Below are positions 17,178 to 27,900 of a stretch of DNA of 63,605 nucleotides, piece by piece. The stretch's first letter is position 1. Every line of letters starts with the position of its first letter. Origin of the DNA: a virus (taxonomy: Duplodnaviria; Caudoviricetes); the IMG/VR virus record IMGVR_UViG_3300046779_001075, positions 1 through 63,605 of that record. The stretch is one strand, 5' to 3'. Under the pieces are notes generated by a model. It searched no databases, was not told the origin of the DNA, and saw nothing but the letters and a program-made list of their open reading frames with translations. Both the position numbers and the translations under genes were made by a program.

Positions 17178-17201
17178 CAAGGTCAAGTTTTGTGATACAC
17201 T
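17174..17201 (+). promoter_or_regulatory. sigma70 promoter with palindrome over -35
   Basis: TTGACA-16 bp-TACACT with TG extension; CTTGAC-AAG-GTCAAG. Confidence 0.7.
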
Positions 17202-17233
17202 GATAAACCTAAAAAAGAGAAAGAGAGAGCAAC

Positions 17234-17638
17234 ATGGAAGACGACCTGTCTGTGGACAAACTGTCCGCAGTTTATTTAAAGATTCGCACTGCACGCGAAG
17301 AGCTTAAAGCCAAGTTCGATGCTGATGACAAAGTACTCGAAGCGCAAATGGCTGACATCGAACACGCTTTAATTGATGCACTGAACAGCGCGGAAGCTGA
17401 TAGCATATCAACCCCGCATGCCACAGTCATCCGCCGTATCTCGACACGATACAACCCAACAAACTGGGACGCCATCTACCGGCTGGTTGACAAGCACAAG
17501 GCTTACGGGCTTTTGTTCAAGCGAGTTCACGACGCCAACATGAAGGAGTTCCTTGAACAGAATCCCGATGAGTTCCCAGAGGGACTCAACGTCGATAGAA
17601 AGTACGCTGTAACAGTTCGGCGTAAGTCAACAACCTGA
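17234..17638 (+). CDS. Conserved coiled-coil replication-module protein
   Basis: YLKIR coiled coil, NWDAIY, PEGLN; usual position before SSB-like gene. Confidence 0.75.
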   Translation: MEDDLSVDKLSAVYLKIRTAREELKAKFDADDKVLEAQMADIEHALIDALNSAEADSISTPHATVIRRISTRYNPTNWDAIYRLVDKHKAYGLLFKRVHDANMKEFLEQNPDEFPEGLNVDRKYAVTVRRKSTT

Positions 17639-17649
17639 AGGAGAGAGCA

Positions 17650-18540
17650 ATGAGCAACATTCAAACATTCCGTGGCGACCTGCCAGCCCACCTGCAAAAC
17701 GTCAAACTCGATGACTTCACACAGGCGTTCAAATCGTCTGGCGGTAGCATCAAGCGCATCACACTGCGCGGGCGTGTTTTCCGTCTGGTGGACGGCGGCA
17801 AAGAGATCGCCAAGAACACTGACCCACACATGGACGTGGTGATCGTCAGCGGTAGCAAGACTGTGCAGAAGGCGTACTACGCCGGTGAGTACAACGCCGA
17901 CGAGACCTCCGTGCCTGACTGCTGGTCCAGCGACGGCGAGCGCCCAGACGCAGATGTGGCTGACCCACAAGCAGAGCGTTGCAAAGACTGCCCACAAGCC
18001 ATCAAGGGCTCGGCGGGCGCAGGTCGCGCAGCTTGCCGTTACTCTTGGCGTCTCGGTGTGGCCCTGCGTAACAATGTCGGCGGCGACATCTACCAACTCA
18101 TCCTGCCACAGAAGTCCATCTTCGGCCAAGGTGACGTTGAGCACATGCCCTTCTTGCAGTACGCCAAGTACGTTGCACAGTCCGGCTACAACCTGAACAT
18201 GCTGTCCACCCGTCTGTCGTTCGACACTGACAGCGACTTCCCCAAGCTGGTGTTCAGCAACGCTGAGTTCCTCGACAAGGACACATACCAGACCGCCGTC
18301 GAACAAGGTCAGACCCAAGTTGCGATCAATGCAGGTCGTCTGAACTTCACGAAGAAGCAAACCGCCGCTCCTGTGCTCCCTAAGCTGGTTGCTCCTGCTG
18401 GCTCCGCCGCCGCAGAAGTCAAAGCAGCTTCGGATGCGATCGTCGAGCCTACGGTTCGTACCACAGCCAAGGTCAAGGAAGCTCCCAAAGAGAAGCAGAA
18501 CCTTGCCAAGCTGATGGACGAATGGGGAGATGACGAATGA
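17650..18540 (+). CDS. Putative ssDNA-binding/annealing protein
   Basis: PDCWSSDG, CKDCPQ, ACRYS Cys motifs; acidic tail DEWGDDE; replication context. Confidence 0.6.
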   Translation: MSNIQTFRGDLPAHLQNVKLDDFTQAFKSSGGSIKRITLRGRVFRLVDGGKEIAKNTDPHMDVVIVSGSKTVQKAYYAGEYNADETSVPDCWSSDGERPDADVADPQAERCKDCPQAIKGSAGAGRAACRYSWRLGVALRNNVGGDIYQLILPQKSIFGQGDVEHMPFLQYAKYVAQSGYNLNMLSTRLSFDTDSDFPKLVFSNAEFLDKDTYQTAVEQGQTQVAINAGRLNFTKKQTAAPVLPKLVAPAGSAAAEVKAASDAIVEPTVRTTAKVKEAPKEKQNLAKLMDEWGDDE

Positions 18541-18761
18541 TTGGGTACAGTCAGCAGGTTGTCAAAACCAACCGAGATGCTGATGGCCGCAAACTGGGGG
18601 TTTGTCTTGGGCGATACTGCATCAACCGAGAAATCCCAGTTGCGGATGTGATGGAATACTTCGGGGTGTCAAAGCAAACTGTGTACAGCTGGTACGCAGG
18701 GACGCACACCCCAAGTAAGCGCCACGCAATCCTCATCAGTAAATTCCTTGGTAAGTCTTAA
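18537..18761 (+). CDS. HTH (Cro/XRE-like) DNA-binding protein
   Basis: VADVMEYFGVSKQTVYSWYAG..TP. Confidence 0.8.
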   Translation: MIGYSQQVVKTNRDADGRKLGVCLGRYCINREIPVADVMEYFGVSKQTVYSWYAGTHTPSKRHAILISKFLGKS

Positions 18762-18772
18762 CGACCCTTTTC

Positions 18773-18828
18773 GGGGGTAACTAGCTCGACGGAGCGAACG
18801 GGGTTTTCCGTCAGCCCCCGTTACCCCC
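18773..18828 (+). ncRNA. Candidate structured cis-element upstream of primase
   Basis: Outer stem GGGGGTAAC/GTTACCCCC, inner stem GACGGA/TCCGTC, loop AACGGGG complementary to CCCCGTT. Confidence 0.55.
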
Positions 18829-18855
18829 AATTTTTATGACGTGCGTGGACAAAAT

Positions 18856-21708
18856 ATGGCGGATGTTCGGTTACTCAAGGCGGTATTGCCACAAGTTGAT
18901 GATGGTTGGTACTGCGTCTTGGGTCTTAAAAACGGGAGGTTCACCTCTCAAGAACACTTCAAGACGATCGAAGAAGTAGAAGCAGAAGCAGATCGTTTGG
19001 TGTCCAGTGATGTGGATGCCTTCTTTGCATGCGGCAGGTTTGAGACAAACGAGAACCGTGACGCTGACAATTGCGCGTGGATGCAGTCGTTCTTTCTGGA
19101 CATCGACTGTGGCGCAGACAAAGCTACCCCCGATAAATATGGGCGCATCAAGGGCTACATCGACCAGCCTACTGGCATGCAAGCGCTCAAGGATTTGTGC
19201 AAGACACTTAACCTGCCCCGGCCCAGCATCGTCAATAGCGGGCGTGGCTGGCATGTTTACTGGGCGCTGACCGCGCCTGTACCGAAAGATCAGTGGTTGC
19301 CTGTCGCAGCTACGTTCAAAGCCTTGTGTGCCAAGCACAAGTTTATTGTTGACCCAGCCGTACCTGCGGATGCCGCACGTATCCTGCGGGTGCCGGGCAC
19401 CAAGAACTTCAAGGGCGACCCACCACACGATGTCGAGCTGCTCCATCTGGCTGAGCCTATGGAGTTCGAGGCTTTCGCCGCGCTGATGGGGCCCATCATG
19501 CCCGTCAAGCCCATCACCCCGCACAAGGAGCTCGACGAGTTCACACGCGCTGTGATCGGCAACAAACAGTCCCGCTTCAAAACCATCATGCTCAAGACGG
19601 CTGAGGGTCGTGGCTGTGCACAACTGCTGAACATCATCGAGAACCAAGCAGACATAGAAGAGCCGCTGTGGCGGGCAGGGCTGTCCATCGCCCAGCACTG
19701 CGTGGACCGGGACAAGGCCATTCACCTGATGTCCAGCCAGCACCCAGATTACAACCACGACACAACAGAGCGCAAGGCCAACGCAACTAAAGGGCCCTAT
19801 ACGTGTGATGTGTTCGACGCCTCGTACCCCAACGTGTGTACCGAGTGCCCCAATCGCGGCCAGATCAAATCACCTATCGTGTTGGGACATGAGATAGCCA
19901 AGTCCAATGAGGGCGACAGCATCAACTACGAGACTGGCCCGACCCCAGCCGCTGTGCAGGACGGCGCTACCAAGACCGGCTTCGTGGTTCCCAAGCTGCC
20001 CCACCGCTACTTCCGTGGCAAGAACGGCGGTATCTACAAGTACCTCAAAGCTGAGGACGAAGAAGAGGACGGCGAGAAGGGCGTGGCGCTTGTGTACGAA
20101 TACGACCTGTTCGTCATCAAGCGTCTGTTTGACCCGGTGCAGGGTGAGACGGTCTTGATTCACTTGGCACTGCCCCGAGATGGGGTGAAAGAGTTTTCCT
20201 TGACGTTGGTCGATGCCCTGAGCAAAGACGAACTGCGTAAGGTTTTATCGTTCCAAGGCGTGATTGCCATGCAGGTCCAGATGAATCTGATTCTGGAATA
20301 TCTGGTGCAGTGCGCGAAGGAACTGCAAGTAGTACAAGAGGTAGAAACTATGCGACTGCAATTTGGTTGGGCTGACGGCGATGCGAAGTTCATTCTCGGT
20401 GACCGTGAGATTGGGCCGGACTTTGTTCGGTATAGCCCCCCGTCCAAGGCAACCCGTGAAGTGGCCCATGCCCTGCGCCCTGTTGGCGACTTGGAGACGT
20501 GGAAAGACATTATTAACACATACAACATGCCGGGTTTTGAACCGCACGCGTTTGCTGTGTTTACGGCGTTCGGTGCACCGCTGATTAAGTTCATGGGTGT
20601 GAAGGGCGGCATCATCAACCTGATTAACAACCGCTCCGGTACCGGCAAGTCCACCATCCTGCAGGTGATGAACAGCGTCTGGGGCCACCCCGATGCGCTG
20701 ATGTTGCAGTGGCGCGACACTTTGAACGTGAAGCTGCACCGCATGGCCGTGATGTGCAACCTGCCCTTGGGCGTGGACGAAATCACAAAGATGAGCGCCG
20801 ACGACTTCTCGGACTTGGCCTACAGCGTCACCCAAGGTACACCCCGCCGTAGGATGAAGGCGTCAGCCAACGAAGAGCGGGAATCCCAAGGCTACTGGGC
20901 CACCACTATGGTGTGCACATCCAACGCCAGCATGACCGACAAGCTGGAGTCCCTGAAAGCTACGGCTGAAGGCGAGCTGATGCGGATGATGCAGTACCGT
21001 ATTGACCCGACCAACAACCTCGACAAGGCCACGGCCAAGCACGTCTTCGGTCGCTTGCAGAGTAACCACGGACTTGCGGGTTTACCCTATGCCAAGTTCC
21101 TCGTACAGAATTTGGAAGAGACTGTGCATGCAGCCCTGAAGCTGCAGACTAAGTTCGACAAAGCCGCGAAGATCGACACTCGTGAACGGTTCTGGTCAGC
21201 GATGGTTGCGTCCAACATGTGCGGCGCGGTCATGGCGCGTAACTTGGGTCTGCACAACATTGACACCAAGCGGGTCTACGACTGGGCAGTGAACGAAGTC
21301 CAGAGCATGCAGGGCGAGGTGCGTGTGTCATTCGACGACTACGCTACCGTGGTGGGCGAGTTCTTGCTCAAGCACAACCTGAACATTCTCGTGTGCAACC
21401 GGCACAGCACGTCCAAGGCGGGCATAGCCGCCGCGCCTTTGGTGAACCCCCGTGGCCCCCTGATGATTCGCTACGAGCCTGACACCAAGCGGATGTTCAT
21501 CGTACGCCAAGCGCTGAAGGACTTCTGCGTGAGCCGTCAGATTACGTTCAACGACATGCTGGCAGGGCTGAACAAGAACGGAGCCTTCATTGCCGAGGTA
21601 CGCACTCGTCTGGACGTTGGCATGGACATGCAAGCTCCCCCGGTTGTGGCCCTTGAGTTCGATGCTGACCTGCTGGGTGTAGCACCGGGTCTGGGTGATG
21701 AGAATTGA
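18856..21708 (+). CDS. Primase-helicase (RepB/AEP-like primase + DUF927 + P-loop helicase)
   Basis: FFLDIDCG, SGRGWHVYW, RILRVPGT, C-rich Zn site, SGTGKST, GVDE. Confidence 0.87.
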   Translation: MADVRLLKAVLPQVDDGWYCVLGLKNGRFTSQEHFKTIEEVEAEADRLVSSDVDAFFACGRFETNENRDADNCAWMQSFFLDIDCGADKATPDKYGRIKGYIDQPTGMQALKDLCKTLNLPRPSIVNSGRGWHVYWALTAPVPKDQWLPVAATFKALCAKHKFIVDPAVPADAARILRVPGTKNFKGDPPHDVELLHLAEPMEFEAFAALMGPIMPVKPITPHKELDEFTRAVIGNKQSRFKTIMLKTAEGRGCAQLLNIIENQADIEEPLWRAGLSIAQHCVDRDKAIHLMSSQHPDYNHDTTERKANATKGPYTCDVFDASYPNVCTECPNRGQIKSPIVLGHEIAKSNEGDSINYETGPTPAAVQDGATKTGFVVPKLPHRYFRGKNGGIYKYLKAEDEEEDGEKGVALVYEYDLFVIKRLFDPVQGETVLIHLALPRDGVKEFSLTLVDALSKDELRKVLSFQGVIAMQVQMNLILEYLVQCAKELQVVQEVETMRLQFGWADGDAKFILGDREIGPDFVRYSPPSKATREVAHALRPVGDLETWKDIINTYNMPGFEPHAFAVFTAFGAPLIKFMGVKGGIINLINNRSGTGKSTILQVMNSVWGHPDALMLQWRDTLNVKLHRMAVMCNLPLGVDEITKMSADDFSDLAYSVTQGTPRRRMKASANEERESQGYWATTMVCTSNASMTDKLESLKATAEGELMRMMQYRIDPTNNLDKATAKHVFGRLQSNHGLAGLPYAKFLVQNLEETVHAALKLQTKFDKAAKIDTRERFWSAMVASNMCGAVMARNLGLHNIDTKRVYDWAVNEVQSMQGEVRVSFDDYATVVGEFLLKHNLNILVCNRHSTSKAGIAAAPLVNPRGPLMIRYEPDTKRMFIVRQALKDFCVSRQITFNDMLAGLNKNGAFIAEVRTRLDVGMDMQAPPVVALEFDADLLGVAPGLGDEN

Positions 21709-21898
21709 GGGCATCACGTACCAGCTGTGCTGGCAGGACTTCACTGTTGGCAGCTCATTCTTCGTACCGTGCCTGAACGACACAGCGGCACGGAAGCTCA
21801 TTGAGTTCAAGATGTCACGGCTGGGTTACGCCGTGATCGTTAAGCTAGTAATAGAAGATGGCATACGCGGATTGCGGGTCTGGAGAATTAAGCGTTAG
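21695..21898 (+). CDS. Conserved small phage protein
   Basis: VGSSFFVP...GLRVWR motif. Confidence 0.7.
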   Translation: MMRIEGITYQLCWQDFTVGSSFFVPCLNDTAARKLIEFKMSRLGYAVIVKLVIEDGIRGLRVWRIKR

Positions 21899-21906
21899 AA
21901 TCCGGC

Positions 21907-21973
21907 TGCAACTCGCAGTTGCTTCTCTCCTCTGATAGGGTTAAGCCCCGCCGTAACAAGCGGGGCTTTTTTT
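21907..21973 (+). ncRNA. Candidate small RNA with anti-Shine-Dalgarno segment
   Basis: TTGCGG-18-TAGAAT promoter, 5' hairpin GCAACT/AGTTGC, TTCTCTCCTC tract, terminator. Confidence 0.45.
21943..21973. terminator. Terminator at convergence of the two gene blocks
   Basis: AAGCCCCGC-loop-GCGGGGCTT plus T run. Confidence 0.9.
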
Positions 21974-24900
21974 ACTGGTTCGCCAGATAGTTCTGCCGTG
22001 ACAGCGATTCGCGCAGACGCTTGTCGATGTACAGACCGTTCTCAGTCTGTGCCGACTTCTTCATACGCTCAATGATAGAACCGGTGATGGAATCCGCAGG
22101 GATGCGCACCGACGGATGCTTGTCGTTGAACTCCATGATCTTATCGAACGCTTCCTCGTTGGCCTCAACGTCGTTGGACATGAAGGTCAACCCGTAGTAG
22201 TTCAACAGGTTCTGGCGCTGCTTCAAGATTTCCTGCTCTTGGCCTTTGACCGTGATGTTGTAGTACTGACGTTCGGCCAACTCTTGCGAGCGCAGACCCA
22301 GACCCTGCATCATCAAGATGAACGGGCTGGGGTTCTCAGTGAGCATGTCGCCGCGCAAAGTAGTTGCACCACCTTCACGTGACATACGCTGAGCAATCAT
22401 GGCGTTCTTGATGAAGGCGGGCGAGATCGCCTCGACAGCACGGTCTCCATGACCTTGGTTCCACAAGTCAACTGCGCGGGCAGCGTTAACACCAATACCG
22501 ATGGTTGGGCCAAGCAGGTCCACGAGGAACGTCTGCAGTGCCTCTGCTTCGTCTTGATTCTTACGACCATCACGGAACCACATCTCATCGAGCTTCACAC
22601 GGCTACCGATGTCCAGACCAGTCAAGGCGTTGAGCGAACCGCGTGTCAGGGCAGTGCCCATGTTTGCGCCAAACGTCTCGTTGGCCCAGTTCACGAAGGC
22701 CAGCTCGAAGTCGAACGGCTCTTCATCGTCATCCCCGCCCGCTACGTTGAACACAGCGTTGATGATCGACGCGACAGTCGAGAAGCCCCAGAGACCAGTG
22801 ACCCCAGAGAAGATGGCTGACATGCCCATCGTTCCAACAAAACGCGCACGTGCTTCGCGTCTTTGCTCAGGCGGCAAATCTTTGATCGAGTTCAGCAGGT
22901 TGCGTGTCAGGAAGAAGGTCATCTGCTGCGGGAACTGCTTGAACTGCCACACGATGCGAGCAATTGGGCTCTGGAAGTAGCGCGGCTTGTTGGCTGACGA
23001 GTAGTCAAACATAGCCGTGTTCGTAAGGTTCTTCGCTTCTGCAATAGATTCTGCAAATGCCTGCTGCCGGTTGGGCATGCTGGCGCGTTTGTCCATAGCT
23101 GCGCGGAACGCAGACATAGCCATAACTTCACGGTTGAAGCGTTCAGCGTGGTGGAACGCATACGACAGCACCTGCATGCTCTTGTTGCGCAGGCCAGAAT
23201 AGTTCTCTGTTGGTGTCGAGGCCAGACCAGACTGGTCGTACGTCGCAGTGATGTCGATCAGACCGTCAGCAACGAACCGGTCGTATGCTGCCCGCTCGAC
23301 TGAACTGAGTCTATCGGAGCGGTCAAACGACGGAGACAGCAGGCGGCTATCAATCTTCCGCTCGCCCACTTCTACGTTAAAGCCGGTCATCATGATCTGT
23401 GCAGCAGCTCTGCTTGTCTCGTACAGCACCTTACCAGTTGCGGCGGTGTAACCCATCTTTGGGTTTGCCTTCACCTGCTGGCTGACCAATGTTGGGAACC
23501 CGATGACCACACCACCCAATACGTTGGTGATGGCAGATGCGATTGAGCTCAGGTAGAAGATAAACCCGACGTTGGACAGCATGGAGGGGATAGTCCCGAT
23601 GTCCGTTGGGTTCAGCATGTTGTCCAGACGCTTGCTGACCTCATTCACGTAGTCGCGCAGTTCGTCGGTCTCGCGCACAACGGTTGGGTCGTAACCCACG
23701 TTGGGGTCGTAGCGGTCTTTCAACTGCATACGCGCAGCATCCAACTGAGAGAACATCTCAGGTGAATACTCAAAGCGAGCCATCTGGTACGCCATGTTGA
23801 AGGAAGACGTAGCGAAACTGCGCAACGCATCTTCAGAGTAGCCTGCCACGTTGTTACGGTGGATAAACTGATTGCGCATGCTGCGGTCAGGCTGGTTGCT
23901 CAGATAGGTCTGGTAGTAGCTATCCTTGAGTTCCTGCTTCTTCGCATCGGCATCTGCAGGGCTCAAGCCTGTGACGTCGATCTTGTCAACTGCCTCGAAC
24001 ACTGCCTTGAGAAAGGCAGACTCGCGGGCATGGTAGTCCATCTGCTTGGTGTAATCGTTACCAATATTAGTACCGATGGTGTCAGCCAAGTGTGGGTCTT
24101 TCTGCAGCCGCTCTTCGATGTGTCGATCACGTGCAGCCTCAGACTCAAACATGTAGTATTCGCGGCCTGCGCCCTTACCGATCTGGTACCAGAAGCGACC
24201 GAAACGCATCAATGGGAAGTATGGCCCGCTGAGCTTGCCCTTCTCGAACTCGTTGCGAATCTCGGTAATCGTAGCTTCAGACACACCCAACTGGCGCATC
24301 TGAATGATACGGCGGTTCATCAAGCGCTTGTAGTTAGAGTACCGGCGCTCGTAGAAGTCACGCACATCGCGGTAGACCTGTTTGGCGCGGGGGTCCAATT
24401 TGCCCCACTCAACCATCAGTTCTTGGTTGGCGTTGCGCTGCTTGGTCGTTGCCTTATCTGGGTCAACTTCCTTGATCGTGGCCATGTGCATGACGCGGCC
24501 AATCTGCCGAGACATTTCAGGGTCAGCAGACTGCAGTGCTTCCCACGACTTGGAGATGTCGCCAGCTTCTTGCAAGATGCTGTTCTTTCTCGACAGGAAC
24601 TCTTCCGTCACGCGAATGAAGTTGGTGATCTGCGGCAAACGGCCAGCAATCAAGTCGTCGAGCTGACGCAAGGTGAGCACGCCCAGTGCGTACGGACGTG
24701 CGCTTGACTCGAGGCTTCTGAACTCGCGCATGAGTGCGCTGTCCCACTTCCGGCTGGTCATCAAGCGCTTGATGGCGCTAGGTTGGTTGGGCATGCCGGG
24801 GCGCATAGGCTTGATGCGGGTGACCTTACCGGCCATAGCCTTGGGTCCACTGCTGCCAACCAAGCCTTCGAGGGACATTGGGCCAGCGATCATGGCGTCG

Positions 24901-27900
24901 GTAGCGAACATGGTCTCAACCATGACGTTGCTCTCGTAACCCTTCTTCACGTTGAACAGCTTACGAACAGCTTCAGTGAAGGTATTCCACAGCGAGAACG
25001 GAGCGGCTTTGTAGCGCAGGCTGCGCAGCTGTGCTTGGAACACTGGGTTAGTCAGTGCTTCAGACACAAACTCGTGCAAGTCCTGCAGGCCGTAGATGCG
25101 TTCGTTTGTGTACTCGTCCTGTGACAGAACTTGTTTGGCGTGCGTGTACAGCTCGACCAGACGATCGTAGCCTTGACGCTGAATACCTGTCAGCTTGTCT
25201 GCGTTGTCCAGCAGTTGCGAAGACGCAGCGTGCAGTGCCTCGTGGAGGAACAGATGGTTGGTCAGACGACCAGCACCGGAGCGCAATACGATGCTGTCAG
25301 AAACGGGGTCGTACTTGCCATCCCATGCGTACTGGCGGTTGAACAGGTCGAGCGTATTCTCGAACGCTTCGATCTGCCCGGGCAGTGCGTTGTTCTGTTT
25401 AAGCGTGGACTGCATGCGGCCCAGTGCGGTCACAACTTCCCGCAGGTTGGTCGAACGCAGGCCAGCAATGATCGTTGCTTGCTCTTCCACGGGATACAGC
25501 TCAGTGACGATCTGGCTCAACGTGTTCAGCTGCTCGTTGATAGACTCTTTGACGGCGGGATCGTTGGACAACGTCTCCATCGTGTTGACGTCTACCAAAC
25601 GAGTCTTGGCAGTGATACCGGCATCAAGCAGGCGCTGAGCCAGCGCTGCGTAGTAAGGGTTGCCTTTCGCATCGGCCAGAATCTGCAAGGCTTCAGCGGT
25701 CTTACCTTGCTCCAGCAAGCGACGCAGGGCTGGGTGAATCTCTGTAACCATCTGCACGGTTGGCAGATTCTTCACCGACACCACATCTTCTGGTGCGACC
25801 TCTTCAATGTCACCGATACGCACGACCTTCTTGCGTGGCGCACGATTCGCTTTTCTTTTGGTGCGAGTCTCAACTTCTTTGTTCTGCTTTTCAGCATAAG
25901 CATCCAGCTGCTCGTGATACCGAGTAACGGCCTTGGCGAACCGCTCGTTCTCTGCGGCGTTCTTCTTATGCTCAGCGATCATCTCGTCGAGCACTTGCGA
26001 GGTGGATTTGTCGAGGTTGTCTTTAATCCACTGTTGGAACGCCAAAGCCTGACGGCCACCTTCACCAGCAAATGTAGAGCCGGTACCGTTGTTCTTTGGG
26101 TCAATCTCGTAGTAGGCTAAGTCGTACGCCAGATCGTACAGCGCCTCACCAAACGTTTTGCGGTTGGTGTTATTCAGGTAGTTGGCAGCTGCTTGCTGCG
26201 GGGCGCTGAGCTTCTTGCCTAACGCAACCACTTGTTTGAGCGCCAGCACCGCTGAGCGGAGCGAGCGATCAAAGATCACATGCGATGTATCCGCTTGTCC
26301 TTGTGATGGACGACGGGGCTTGCCTTCTGGCGTTGGCCCGAACTCTTGAGTTACGGTGCGAGTAGACTGCACGTTCTCAGTGTACGGACGACCCGAGTAC
26401 AGTGCGGACGAACCAAGACGAACGCCGCCTTCTGTACCACCAACTTGCTCAACGTACCCCTGCACCTCTGAGCTGAACGCGTCCATGCCACGGCGTGAAG
26501 TCAGGTCAGGTAGACCTGCACGCTCAAACAATCGAGACTGCTGCCCGGCGTCTGCGTTACGCAGAGCTGCGACCAGATCACGGAGTTTGTCCATACCGCC
26601 AACGCGGTTGGCCAGATATGTGAGCATCTTGCGAGCGCCTTCGCTCGACTCTTGCCCGGGCTCAGCAATGTCGTATTCCAACAGTGTGCCTGCGGCAGTA
26701 TTCTTCGAGTTGCCGTGGCGCTCTTGTTCTGCGGGGTTGTCTGCAGCGGGCTTGATTGCGTCGAAGAAGCCAACAATCTCCGCACCTTCTGCGGTCTTTG
26801 GCACGTGTTCTGTAGATACAGCGGGAGCCTCCACTGGCGGCGCTTTTTTGGCAGCGGGCTCAGCTTCAGCAGGTGCTTCTTCTTGCACGGCGGGCGCGGT
26901 TTCTTCCGCCAACGAAGCGTCCTCAGCACCGAACTCTTCTCTCGGTGTGGGCTTACCCTGTGGGGCATAAACTTTGGACAGCGCGGCCTCGAGGCGATCA
27001 ACGTCCGCCTCTTCGCTAAACAGATCACCCTGCATAGCGCGGGGTGTGAGTCTACGATTGATGGCCTCGACCGCTTGGTCGATGTCAGCGTTACTCTCGT
27101 TTACAAAAAGCTCAGAGACTTTCTCTGGGTTCTTGAAACCTTCGGCCCGAGTCATACCGAACCGGGGAGCCATAGTCATGGCCCAGTTGGCGTTGTGTTG
27201 TCCAGACGCTTGCTGCGCAGCGATACGCTTGCGGCGCTCTTCCAACTCAACCAGCGCGGCTTGTGGGTCCTGTTGGGCCAAGGCAAGCGCAGCTTGAGTC
27301 TCGCGGCTAGCGCCTCGGAGTGTGCCAAACAAGTTGCCTTGCATGGCGCGAGCTTCACCACCTTGCTGATCGGCAATCGCGTTGATGATGGGCATGCCAT
27401 CAAACATTGGGTTCTTAAGCTGCTGGATAAGTTCCGGGTCTTTAATCGCGCCCGCGAGGCCGTTTACCACCTCATCCAAATCCCGCGACACCAACTTCAT
27501 GGTGCGCATATCAGCTTCTGTCGGGCGCTGATTACTCATCAACCCCAGCAGTTCTTGCCGGAGATCAGAGTAGCTACGGCGAAGATCGTCGATATTCAGT
27601 GCACCGGGGAGTGATCCTTCTCGCTCATCAGCTGCTCCAGCAGCCGGTCCAGCAGGAACCATTCCATCTGCGTCAAGTCCAGCAACTCTTCCGGTGGGGA
27701 CTCCACCAGCGGGCTGTCCAGCCACTCCAGCGCCCTCTCCAGCTGCTGGACCGATAGGTCTTGTAACATCTGTTTCCTCCTGACCAAGGGTGTCAAGCAC
27801 TGAGCCTGTCTGCAACTTAAACGCTTCTTCCGGTTTAGTCAGTGCGCCCTTAACGCTGCCGGGCCCTGCACCGCCCAACGCGCCGAGCACGAGGTTAGCC

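Noticed and set aside
9271-21708. Introns or inteins in polymerase, helicase or primase
   Set aside because: ORFs are continuous, of ordinary length, and lack intein or LAGLIDADG motifs
26501-27028. Second possible nested same-strand ORF (175 aa) in the giant gene
   Set aside because: No convincing RBS and an Arg/Pro/Cys-rich shadow-frame composition, unlike the 27596-27769 case
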